A stretch of DNA of 64,000 nucleotides from Gemmatimonadota bacterium (GTDB taxonomy: Bacteria > Gemmatimonadota > Gemmatimonadetes > Palauibacterales > Palauibacteraceae): assembly GCA_963666735.1 (NCBI GenBank), contig OY762926.1, positions 3,872,001 to 3,936,000 on the forward strand, written 5' to 3'. Every line of letters starts with the position of its first letter. The first letter of the stretch is position 1. The position numbers and the translations under genes were made by a program. Below the pieces are notes generated by a model. That model worked only from the letters and a program-made list of their open reading frames with translations, made no database searches and was not told the origin of the DNA. Below, piece after piece: positions 7,943 through 16,665 of the stretch.

Positions 7943-8928
7943 TCAGAGGATGGTCTACTCCATCATCAGGACGTCAATTCGCGTGGGCCGCGGCGGCCTT
8001 CGCGGCGGCCGGCTGTTCGCCGTCCGGAGAGGAGGCGGCGTTCCCGAGCCGGCCCATCGAGATCGTCTCGTGGGCGACACCCGGCGGACCGACCGACCTC
8101 CTCTCGCGGGCCCTGGCCGACGCCGCGCCCCCGCACTTCGAGGGTCGGCGCGTCACAGTCATGACGCGGCAGGGCGGGGCGGGCGCCGCCGGCATGCAGT
8201 ACCTGCAGGGGCGGGAAGCCGATCCGCATGTGCTCGGGGTCTTCACGGCGAGCGGCACCGTGAACATGGCGACGGGGCGGATTCCGTTCTCTCCCGAGGA
8301 CTTCACCCCCATCCTCCGCATCCAGATCGATCCCTTCCTGATCGCGGTGCGGGACGACAGTCCCTTCCACACGCTCGGGGACCTGTTCGCGGCGGCCCAC
8401 GCCCGGCCGGGCGAGGTCTCGATGGCGGGGTTCGGGGCGGCGTCGGCCCACTTCCTCGGCTTCGCCCGTCTGAGGGCTGCGGCGGGCGACCCGGATGTCC
8501 GCTGGATTGCGTACGAGGGGTCGGCTGACGCGGTGGTGGCGGCGCTCGGCGGGCACACGGACGCGGCGCACACGAACTACAACATCGTGCGTGAGCACCT
8601 GAGAGCGGGGACCATGCGGGTACTGGGCGTGGCGCTTCCCGTCGAGGCGCTGCCGGACACGCCGAGCTACGCGGAGCAGGGATACGACCTCCAGCCCGTC
8701 CATTGGCGGGGCGTGGTCGGACCGCCGGGACTCGCCCCCGAATTGCGCGCCGACATCCGCGCGCGGCTGCTGGCCGCCATCGAGGACCCGGGGTTCCGCG
8801 AATACATGGAGCGGGCCGCGCTGGAATACGCGACGATGGCGGACGCGGACGCGTTCGGCGCCTGGATGGCCGAGGAGGTGGCGACGAGCCGGGACATGCT
8901 GCGGCGGCTGGGAATCCTGGATGAGTAG
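7936..8928 (+). CDS. tctC: Tripartite tricarboxylate transporter substrate-binding protein
   Basis: FPSRPIEIV, PGGPTD, GGAGAAG, WRGVVGPPG; lipobox AAGC; start approximate. Confidence 0.9.
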   Translation: MNVRGWSTPSSGRQFAWAAAAFAAAGCSPSGEEAAFPSRPIEIVSWATPGGPTDLLSRALADAAPPHFEGRRVTVMTRQGGAGAAGMQYLQGREADPHVLGVFTASGTVNMATGRIPFSPEDFTPILRIQIDPFLIAVRDDSPFHTLGDLFAAAHARPGEVSMAGFGAASAHFLGFARLRAAAGDPDVRWIAYEGSADAVVAALGGHTDAAHTNYNIVREHLRAGTMRVLGVALPVEALPDTPSYAEQGYDLQPVHWRGVVGPPGLAPELRADIRARLLAAIEDPGFREYMERAALEYATMADADAFGAWMAEEVATSRDMLRRLGILDE

Positions 8929-9418
8929 TTCCTCCGCGGGCGGGGCCGCGCGGTTGCGCCTGCTCGCGGAAGCCGGATTGCTCGCCGTCGTGGCGGCGGG
9001 GGTCCTGCTGGACTCGCGCTTCTACCCGGGATCGCTGGCCGAGGGAGCGCCGGGTCCGGCCTTCTTCCCCCGGCTGCTCGCCGTGCTGCTCATGGGTTGC
9101 GCGGCCTGGCTCGCGGTCCGGGCCGCGCGACAGCCCCCGGAGTCGGCCTCGGGACGTTCCCGCGGGAACGTCTCCGCGGGCCCGAGAGCCGGCCACGGCG
9201 CCCGTCTGGGGCTGGGAGCGGCGTGGATCGCCGTCTTCCTCCTCGCCTGGCCACGGTTCGGGACCATCGTGTCGGTGCCGTTCCTCGTGGCCGGGCTGAT
9301 GTGGCTGACGGGCGAGCGCTCGCGGCTCGCGCTCGTCTCCGTACCGCTCGTCTTCGCCGCCTTCATCTATCTCGTGTTCATGGTGGCGCTCGGCGTGCCG
9401 CTCCCGTCCGGGTTCTGA
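8921..9418 (+). CDS. tctB: TTT small membrane subunit
   Basis: GPAFFP motif, about 4-5 TM segments, C-terminal LGVPLPSG. Confidence 0.85.
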   Translation: MSSSSAGGAARLRLLAEAGLLAVVAAGVLLDSRFYPGSLAEGAPGPAFFPRLLAVLLMGCAAWLAVRAARQPPESASGRSRGNVSAGPRAGHGARLGLGAAWIAVFLLAWPRFGTIVSVPFLVAGLMWLTGERSRLALVSVPLVFAAFIYLVFMVALGVPLPSGF

Positions 9419-9428
9419 GCCGCCGCCC

Positions 9429-11012
9429 GTGTCCGCCTTCCTCGACGGCCTGCTGACCGCGCTCCAGCCGGGAAACCTCGCGGCCCTCCTCGCGGGAAGC
9501 CTGCTCGGCGTGTTCGCGGGCGCGATGCCGGGGCTGAGTTCGACGGTGGGCCTCGCGCTCGTCCTCCCGGTCACCTTCGCCCTCGACCCGACGCCGGCGC
9601 TCCTGATGATGGTCTCCATATACATGGCGGCGGAGTACGGCGGTTCGATCACCGCGATCGCGATCGGCGTGCCGGGGAGTTCGCCCGCCCTCGCCACGAC
9701 CTTCGACGGCTACGCGATGACCCGGCGCGGCGAGGCGGGACGCGCCCTGGGGATCTCCCTCTTCTCCAGCATGAGCGGCGGGCTCCTCGGCACCGTCCTC
9801 CTCGTCCTGGCGCTGGGGCCGCTTTCGCGGGCGGCGATCGCCTTCGGCCCGGCGGAGTACTTCGGGCTCGGCGTGTTCGGGCTCTCCATCGTCGCGAACC
9901 TCGTGGGGAAGGATCCGTTCAAGGGGATCGTGAGCGCGCTCCTCGGGCTCCTCTTCTTCGTCGTCGGACTCGACGTGCTCACGGGGGCGCCTCGGCTGAC
10001 GTTCGGCACCAACGCGCTCATGGACGGTCTCGGGCTCGTCCCGATGCTGATCGGCTTCTTCGCGATCGCCGAGGCGCTGGAGGCGGTGACCGGCCGGCGC
10101 AGATCGACGCCCCCCGGCGGCGGCATCGCGGGCGCCCTCCCGAAGGCCCGCGAGTTGTTTGGACTGTGGCGCACGATTCTGCGGGGATCCGCGATCGGGG
10201 GTCTGATCGGCGCGATCCCCGGCGCCGGGGCGACGATCGCCTCCATCGTGGCCTGGAACGAGGAGCGTCGCGTCTCGAAGACGCCGGAGCGGTTCGGGAC
10301 CGGCGTGCCCGCGGGAATCGCGGCGCCGGAGGCCGCGAACAACTCCTGCGTGGGGGCCGCGATGATCCCGCTCCTCGCGCTCGGGATCCCCGGTTCCGCC
10401 AGCGCCGCGGTCCTCCTCGGAGGCCTCACGGTGCAGGGCGTGGCGCCGGGCCCGCTGCTCATGACGGAGCGCTCGGAACTCGTCTACGCGCTGTACGCGG
10501 GATTCGTGGTGGCGGTGCTGCTCATGCTGGCCGTGGGGCGCCTCGGGATCCCCCTCTGGACGCGGGTGGTCCGGCTGCGGCCGTCGATCCTCATGCCGCT
10601 CGTCGTCGCCATCTCGCTCGTGGGCACCTTCTCCCTCCGCGGCAACGCGGCGGACGCGTGGGCTGCCCTCTTCTTCGGGCTCGTCGGCTTCGCTATGCTG
10701 CGAGGCGGCTACCCGCTGGCGCCGGCGGTGCTCGGCCTCATCCTCGGTCCCATGATCGAAACGAACTATCGGCGGGCGTTGAGCCTGTCCTCGGGATCGC
10801 ACTCGATCTTCCTGGAGAGCCCGATCAGCCTGGTGCTGCTCCTGCTGGCGGTCGTGAGCTTCGCGGCCCCGGCGGTCCGCGGCCGCCTGATATCCGGGAG
10901 GACGCGAGCGCCCGAGCCCGGACCCGGCACACACGACAACGAACCGCCGAAAACCGAACCGCTGGAAACCGAACCCCGACAAACCGAACCCCGGCAAGAG
11001 GAATACGAGTGA
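9429..11012 (+). CDS. tctA: TTT large membrane subunit
   Basis: GAMPGL, YGGSITAI, PEAANN, PLLALGIPGS. Confidence 0.95.
   Translation: MSAFLDGLLTALQPGNLAALLAGSLLGVFAGAMPGLSSTVGLALVLPVTFALDPTPALLMMVSIYMAAEYGGSITAIAIGVPGSSPALATTFDGYAMTRRGEAGRALGISLFSSMSGGLLGTVLLVLALGPLSRAAIAFGPAEYFGLGVFGLSIVANLVGKDPFKGIVSALLGLLFFVVGLDVLTGAPRLTFGTNALMDGLGLVPMLIGFFAIAEALEAVTGRRRSTPPGGGIAGALPKARELFGLWRTILRGSAIGGLIGAIPGAGATIASIVAWNEERRVSKTPERFGTGVPAGIAAPEAANNSCVGAAMIPLLALGIPGSASAAVLLGGLTVQGVAPGPLLMTERSELVYALYAGFVVAVLLMLAVGRLGIPLWTRVVRLRPSILMPLVVAISLVGTFSLRGNAADAWAALFFGLVGFAMLRGGYPLAPAVLGLILGPMIETNYRRALSLSSGSHSIFLESPISLVLLLLAVVSFAAPAVRGRLISGRTRAPEPGPGTHDNEPPKTEPLETEPRQTEPRQEEYE
10936..10995 (+). repeat. 4x 15-bp tandem repeat in the tctA 3' tail (TEPxx)
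   Basis: AAACCGAACC(G/C)NNNN units. Confidence 0.8.
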
Positions 11013-12460
11013 GCGCGACGCGTGCGGTCATCGACTTCATACTCGAGACGACGATGGACGACTTTCCGGAGCGGCTGCTGTCCGAGGGACGGCGCTGCGT
11101 CACGGATGGGACGGGCGTGATCCTCGCCGGGTCGACGGATGCCTGTTCCCGCATCGTCCAGGACCAGATCGCGGCGCAGGGCGGGAACGCGCAGGCGACG
11201 ATCCTGGGTCCGCCGGACGTGCGCGCGCCGGCGTCGCTCGCGGCGCGCGCCAACGGAACGGCGGGCCACGCGATGGACTTCGACGACACGCAGCTCTCGA
11301 ACGCGCCCGACCGCATCTTCGGACTCCTCACGCACCCGACGGTCGCGCCGCTGTCGGCGGGATACGCGATGGCGGAGCGGGAAGGGGCGACAGGAGCCGA
11401 GTTCCTGGAGGCGTTCCTCATCGGGTTCGAGGTGGAGTGCAAGATCGCCGAGGCGATCGACCCGCGGCACTACATGGAGGGCTTCCACTCGACGGCGACG
11501 ATCGGCACGCTCGGCGCCTGCGCGACGGCGGCGACACTCGCCGGGCTCGAGGCGGACGACCTCGCCATGGCCCTCGGGATCGCCGCCAGCCTCTCGTCGG
11601 GGATCCGGCTCGGGTTCGGCACGATGACGAAGCCGCTCCACGCGGGCCGGGCCGCGGAAAACGGCATCCTGGCGGTGGACCTCGCCGCCCGCGGCTTCAC
11701 GGCCGGACACGACGCGCTGGAGGCGCCGTGGGGCTTCTTCCGCGTCTTCGGCGGCGGCTTCGAGCCCGAGCGGCTGGTCGGCGCCCTGGGCTCCCCCTAC
11801 ACGCTGCTCGACCCCGGCGTCTCCGTGAAGCCGTTCCCCTCGGGGAGCCTGGCCCACCCCAGCATGGCGGCCATGCTCGAACTCGTCACCGAGCACGACC
11901 TTGCGCCCGGCGACGTCGCGCACATCACCTTCCGCGCCGGACACAACATCCTGAACCCGCTGCGGTATCCGCGCCCGAACAACGAACTCGAGGCGAAGTT
12001 CTGCATCCCCTTCGTCCTCTCCAGCATCGTCCTGCGGCGACGGGCCGGGATCCGCGAGTTTCACGACGACTTCGTCCTCTCCGACGAGGCGGCGGAGATG
12101 ATGGACCGCGTGACCGTTCAGTTCGACGAGGAGATCGACGCCCGCGGGTACGACCGCATGCGGAGCGCGATCGACGTGCGGCTCCGTGACGGAACCGAGC
12201 TTCGCGCCGAGGCGGACACGTATCCCGGCGGACCGGAGCGGCCGCTCAGCCGGGAGGAACTGCACGGCAAGTTCCGCGATTGCGCGAGCCTGGTGATGGA
12301 CGACGCGCGGATCGACGAGGCGCTGGACCGGCTCGAACGCGTGGACGACCTGGGCTACATCGGCGACCTCGTGGACGCGCTCTCGACGGCCCCGGTCGGC
12401 GCCCCCGCCATGAGTCCCGCCAGAGGCCCCGCCATAGGCCCCCCTGGAGTCCCCGCGTGA
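11009..12460 (+). CDS. MmgE/PrpD family protein
   Basis: NGTAGHAMDFDD, GFHST, GTMTKPLHAG, VKPFPS, AKFCIPF; GTGA overlap with tctA. Confidence 0.9.
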   Translation: MSATRAVIDFILETTMDDFPERLLSEGRRCVTDGTGVILAGSTDACSRIVQDQIAAQGGNAQATILGPPDVRAPASLAARANGTAGHAMDFDDTQLSNAPDRIFGLLTHPTVAPLSAGYAMAEREGATGAEFLEAFLIGFEVECKIAEAIDPRHYMEGFHSTATIGTLGACATAATLAGLEADDLAMALGIAASLSSGIRLGFGTMTKPLHAGRAAENGILAVDLAARGFTAGHDALEAPWGFFRVFGGGFEPERLVGALGSPYTLLDPGVSVKPFPSGSLAHPSMAAMLELVTEHDLAPGDVAHITFRAGHNILNPLRYPRPNNELEAKFCIPFVLSSIVLRRRAGIREFHDDFVLSDEAAEMMDRVTVQFDEEIDARGYDRMRSAIDVRLRDGTELRAEADTYPGGPERPLSREELHGKFRDCASLVMDDARIDEALDRLERVDDLGYIGDLVDALSTAPVGAPAMSPARGPAIGPPGVPA

Positions 12461-14427
12461 GAGGCGCGAGGGTCGCGCTGCTGGGAGGGCTGTGGCTTGC
12501 GGCCTGCGGCGACGCGACCCGCTCCGATGAGGAGACACAGGCTGCCCTGTATGCGGCGGCGGACGCGGCCGGGCGCGGCCCGTACGATGCGCTCCAGGTC
12601 GAGACCGATCTCATGGTGGAGATGCGCGACGGCGTCCGCCTCGCGACCGATGTCTACCGCCCCTCCCGCGAATACGAACCCATCGCCGAGTCGTTTCCCG
12701 TCCTCCTCCACCGGACTCCGTACGACAAGACCTCGCGCGGACTCGTGGACCAGGCGCGCTGGTTCACGACCCACGGCTACGTCGTCGTGCTGCAGGACAC
12801 GCGCGGGCTCTACGCCTCCGAGGGCACGTTCCAGAAGTACCACGAGTTCGACGCGCCCGACGGCTACGACACCATCGAGTGGATCACCGGGCTCGACTAC
12901 GCGGAGGGATCCGTCGGCATGTGGGGCACCTCCTACGGCGCGCACACGCAGGCCGACGCCGCCAAGTTGAACCCGCCGGGACTCCGCACGCTCGTGCTCA
13001 CGATGGGAGGTCTCTCCGACTCCTGGACGCACAAGGTCCGCAACCACGGCGCGCTCGAACTAGGCCAGCAACTCGGTTGGGCTCACCTCCAGCTCGCGGC
13101 GGTGGCGGACGACCCCGAGATCCGCCTCCGGCTCGCCGAGGAGCCGCCGTCGGACTGGTTCCCCGACACGCCCTTCCAAAAGGGGGAGAACCCGCTCTCC
13201 GTCGCGCCGAATTTCGAGGACTACTACCTCACCATGCAGAACCACGGCGACTACGACGACTATTTCCGCGGCATCGGCCGCAACTGGGTCGAGTACTACG
13301 ACGAGACGTCGGACATCCCGATGCTGCATGTGGGCGGGTGGTACGACTCCTACGCCCCGGGCACGATCCAGAGCTTCGTCGCACTTTCGCGGCGGAAGTC
13401 GTCGCCCATGACGCTTCTCATGGGTCCGTGGACGCATGGGGGCAACAGCCGCTCCCATGCCGGCGACATCGAGTTCGGGGCCGAGGCCGCGATCGAGGAC
13501 TTTTCGCGCGAGTTCCACCTGCGCTGGTTCGACCGGCACCTCCGCGGGCAGGTCGCGAACGACCTGTTCGCGAGCGACGAGAGGCTGGCGGGCGAAGCCG
13601 CCGGCCCGGTCACGATCTTCGTCATGGGAGGCGGTGATGGCCGCCGGGACGGGAACGGGCGCCTCTTCCACGGCGGCGAGTGGCGCACGGCCGAGACCTG
13701 GCCGATCGAGGATACGGAAGCGACGCCCTTCTACCTCCGTGCGGGCGGCGGGCTTGCGCGGGCGGCGCCCGGCGCGGACGAGGGATCGACGGCCTACACC
13801 TACGATCCCGAGCACCCGGTACCCACGGTCGGCGGGGCCTTCTCCGGCGCGCTCAAGCGGGGCGGCTACGACCAGCGCGAGCGCACCTTCCGGTCGCTCG
13901 AGGGCGGCTCCGAGAACGGTTTCTTCGCTTCCGAGGTCGATGGCCGCCGCACCGCCGACCGGCCCGACGTCCTCGTGTTCGAGACCGAGCCGCTGGCCGA
14001 GGACCTGGAGGTCATTGGCCCGGCCGCGGTCACGCTGTGGGCATCCTCCACCGCCCCCGACACCGACTTCACCGCCAAGCTCGTCGACGTCTATCCGCCG
14101 AACGACGACTATCCCGAGGGATTCGACCTCAACATCACGGACGGCATCCTCCGCGCCCGCTACCGGGATTCCCGCGAGCGGGAGACGCCGATGACGCCCG
14201 GAGAGGTCTACGAAATGGAGATCCGGCTCTTCCCGACGGCCAACCTCTTCCGGGCCGGCCACCGAATTCGGCTCGAGATCTCGAGTTCCAACTATCCCCG
14301 CTTCGACGTGAACCCCAACACGGGCGAACCGCTCGGACGCCACACGCGCACGGTCCCGGCGGAGAACACCATTCACCACGCCGCCGCCCGCCCGTCGGCG
14401 ATCCATCTTCCGCTCCAAAGGAGATAG
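12457..14427 (+). CDS. CocE/NonD family serine hydrolase, lipoprotein
   Basis: MRDGVRLATD, RTPY, GTSYG nucleophile, GGWYD, GPWTH, SSSNYPRFD; lipobox LAAC. Confidence 0.92.
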   Translation: MRGARVALLGGLWLAACGDATRSDEETQAALYAAADAAGRGPYDALQVETDLMVEMRDGVRLATDVYRPSREYEPIAESFPVLLHRTPYDKTSRGLVDQARWFTTHGYVVVLQDTRGLYASEGTFQKYHEFDAPDGYDTIEWITGLDYAEGSVGMWGTSYGAHTQADAAKLNPPGLRTLVLTMGGLSDSWTHKVRNHGALELGQQLGWAHLQLAAVADDPEIRLRLAEEPPSDWFPDTPFQKGENPLSVAPNFEDYYLTMQNHGDYDDYFRGIGRNWVEYYDETSDIPMLHVGGWYDSYAPGTIQSFVALSRRKSSPMTLLMGPWTHGGNSRSHAGDIEFGAEAAIEDFSREFHLRWFDRHLRGQVANDLFASDERLAGEAAGPVTIFVMGGGDGRRDGNGRLFHGGEWRTAETWPIEDTEATPFYLRAGGGLARAAPGADEGSTAYTYDPEHPVPTVGGAFSGALKRGGYDQRERTFRSLEGGSENGFFASEVDGRRTADRPDVLVFETEPLAEDLEVIGPAAVTLWASSTAPDTDFTAKLVDVYPPNDDYPEGFDLNITDGILRARYRDSRERETPMTPGEVYEMEIRLFPTANLFRAGHRIRLEISSSNYPRFDVNPNTGEPLGRHTRTVPAENTIHHAAARPSAIHLPLQRR

Positions 14428-14430
14428 ACC

Positions 14431-14835
14431 GTGCACGACGTCAACTGGCTCGCCGTCCTGGTCGCCGGAATCATTCCGCTGGTCGTCGGTTTCCTGTGGT
14501 ACGGCCCGATCTTCGGAAAGCAGTGGCTCTCGCTCATGGAGACCACCGCCGAGGAGATCCAGAAGGACTTCAACCCGGTGAAGACGCACGGGGGGAGTTT
14601 CGTCCTCTCGCTCGTCACCGCCTACGTCCTGGCGCAGCTTCTCGCCGTGATGGGGGGCTCCGGCGCCATGGTCGGGGTCCATGTGGGACTGCTCGTCACG
14701 ATCGGGTTCGTCCTCAACGTCGGATACCAGGGCGTGGCCTACGAGCAGCGCAAGCCGGGCATCTTCTTCCTGAGTCTGGGCTACAACGGCGTCGCCCTCA
14801 TTGCGCAGGCGGTGCTCCTCGCCGCCTGGCGCTGA
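14431..14835 (+). CDS. DUF1761-like membrane protein
   Basis: NWLAVLVA...GFLWYGPIFGKQW; 4 TM. Confidence 0.8.
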   Translation: MHDVNWLAVLVAGIIPLVVGFLWYGPIFGKQWLSLMETTAEEIQKDFNPVKTHGGSFVLSLVTAYVLAQLLAVMGGSGAMVGVHVGLLVTIGFVLNVGYQGVAYEQRKPGIFFLSLGYNGVALIAQAVLLAAWR

Positions 14836-14844
14836 ACGAGGCGC

Positions 14845-14892
14845 TTGAAGGTCGATTGAAGGCCGATTGAAGGTCGATTGATGGCCGGTTGA
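14845..14892 (+). repeat. 11-bp tandem repeat TTGAAGGYCGA (4 units plus TTGA)
   Basis: TTGA at 14845, 14856, 14867, 14878, 14889. Confidence 0.85.
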
Positions 14893-14910
14893 TCCGGAGG
14901 AGGAAGTAGA

Positions 14911-14958
14911 ACTCGGAAGCTTTGCCTGGCATTCTGATTCAGAGCAAATTTCCGAGTA
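14911..14958 (+). promoter_or_regulatory. Promoter bracketed by an inverted repeat; probably leaderless
   Basis: ACTCGGAAGCTTTGC ... GCAAATTTCCGAGT ending just before ATG 14959; TTGCCT-N17-CAAATT. Confidence 0.5.
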
Positions 14959-16362
14959 ATGGATCTGAACGACCTACTCATCCGGCCCGAGGGCAAGACT
15001 CTCGAGTTCAAGCGGGATCTTTCGTCTCCGCCGGGATTCCTGCGCACCGTCGTCGCGTTCGCGAATACGGCGGGCGGTACCGTCCTCATCGGGGTGGAAG
15101 ATCGGCCGCGCCACGTCGGGGGCGTCCGCCGCGCGCTCGACATGGAAGAGCGGGTCGCCAGCCTCATCAGCGATTCCATCCAGCCCGCGCTCTGGCCGGG
15201 CCTCGAGATTCTGAGGTTCCGAGGCACGCAGGTACTCGCCGTGCGCGTCCATCCCAGTCCCGCCCGGCCGCACTACCTCGCCCGGCAGGGACTCGAAGCG
15301 GGGACGTACGTGCGAGTGGGCTCGACCAACCGCCGTGCGGACCCTGAACTGATCGCCGAGATGCGGCGTTTCGCGTCGGGCGAATCCTACGACGAGCGGC
15401 CGGTGCCCACCCTCGACTCGGAAGCCCTGGACTTCCGAGCCGCTTCGGAGTCGTTCGCTCCGGTACGGAAACTGAGGCGGCGCGACCTGGAAACCCTGCG
15501 CCTCGTGACCACGCATCAGGGCCGGTCCGTACCGACGGTCGCCGGCGTGCTCCTGTTCGGCCGCGAGCGTCTCGAGCATTTTCCCGACGCCTGGATTCAG
15601 GCCGGCCGTTTTTCCGGGACGGACCGGGCGGACATCTTCGATCAGGCGCGCCTCGACATGCCGCTGATCGAGGCGGTCGAAGCGGCGGTCGCGTTCGTCA
15701 GGAAGCACTTGCTCCACGGGGCGACCATCGGCCCTCTACGGCGAACGGACCATTGGAGCCTGCCGCCTGCGGCCGTGCGGGAAGCGCTGGTGAATGCGGT
15801 GGTCCACGCCGACTACTCGCAGCGGGGCGCGCCCATCCGCGTCGCGATCTTCGATGACCGTCTGGAGATCGAGAACCCGGGGCTGCTCCCTTTCGGCCTC
15901 ACCCTCGAAGATCTGCCGCTGGGTGTCTCCAAGCTGCGCAACCGGTTGCTCGGGCGCGTCTTCCACGAAGTCGGGCTCGTCGAGCAGTGGGGAAGCGGCG
16001 CGCAACGCACGATCGCGGCCTGTCGGGACGCAGGGCTGGCGGCGCCCGAGTGGGAAGAGATCGGGATCCGCCTTCGCGTCACTCTGCGTACGGGCAAGGT
16101 GGCGCCGGCGAGGATCGATGAGCGGGACAGTACGATCCTCACGCTCCTGGAAAGCGGGGAGAGTTGCGGTACCCGGGAGGTCGCCGAGGCGATCGGTCTC
16201 TCGACCCGATCCACGCGGACCCGCCTGGCCCGGCTCGTCGAACGCGGGCTGGTGCGCGAAGTCGGCACGGGTCCGAACGACCCGAAGCGGGTCTACGTCA
16301 GGTCTTCCTCGCCCGTCGCGGATGATCTGGAGGATTTCCGGGGCTTCCGGACGAAGCGGTAG
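14959..16362 (+). CDS. Schlafen/AlbA_2 + HATPase_c_4 + HTH protein
   Basis: EGKTLEFKR, VAFANTAGGTVLIGVED, REALVNAVVHADY, IENPG, VEQWGSG; C-terminal HTH. Confidence 0.9.
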   Translation: MDLNDLLIRPEGKTLEFKRDLSSPPGFLRTVVAFANTAGGTVLIGVEDRPRHVGGVRRALDMEERVASLISDSIQPALWPGLEILRFRGTQVLAVRVHPSPARPHYLARQGLEAGTYVRVGSTNRRADPELIAEMRRFASGESYDERPVPTLDSEALDFRAASESFAPVRKLRRRDLETLRLVTTHQGRSVPTVAGVLLFGRERLEHFPDAWIQAGRFSGTDRADIFDQARLDMPLIEAVEAAVAFVRKHLLHGATIGPLRRTDHWSLPPAAVREALVNAVVHADYSQRGAPIRVAIFDDRLEIENPGLLPFGLTLEDLPLGVSKLRNRLLGRVFHEVGLVEQWGSGAQRTIAACRDAGLAAPEWEEIGIRLRVTLRTGKVAPARIDERDSTILTLLESGESCGTREVAEAIGLSTRSTRTRLARLVERGLVREVGTGPNDPKRVYVRSSSPVADDLEDFRGFRTKR

Positions 16363-16550
16363 ATGAGGTAGCCGGCGACGCCGAGCACGAGGACGGTCGG
16401 AATCCAGCCCAGGAAATTGAAAATCGTGCCCGCGGCGACGGCGGCCGCGATTCCCTCGATGCGTCCGACGATTCGGTGTCGCCGGCGGGCCTTGTCCAAT
16501 TCCTGCCGGGAGTAGAGTTCGGGCAGGAGATCCGAATCCACGTCCTTCAT
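16293..16550 (-). CDS. Small membrane protein (85 aa)
   Basis: MKDVDSDLLPELYSR... with a hydrophobic hairpin and basic tail; GGAGG upstream; 3' end overlaps the AlbA_2 gene. Confidence 0.6.
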   Translation of the reverse strand: MKDVDSDLLPELYSRQELDKARRRHRIVGRIEGIAAAVAAGTIFNFLGWIPTVLVLGVAGYLIYRFVRKPRKSSRSSATGEEDLT

Positions 16551-16665
16551 CGGGCATACCTCCGGTGTCCGGGGCTGGAAGATCCTACGATGACGGGCCG
16601 CGGACCGTTTCCGCCACCGCCGCCACCGGCTGCGCTCTCTCTGCGCCCCCGAGCGCGCCCCTAGA

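Noticed and set aside
14845..14892. Short repeat arrays as CRISPR or iterons
   Set aside because: Units are 11 bp with no unique spacers, and no cas or rep gene is nearby.
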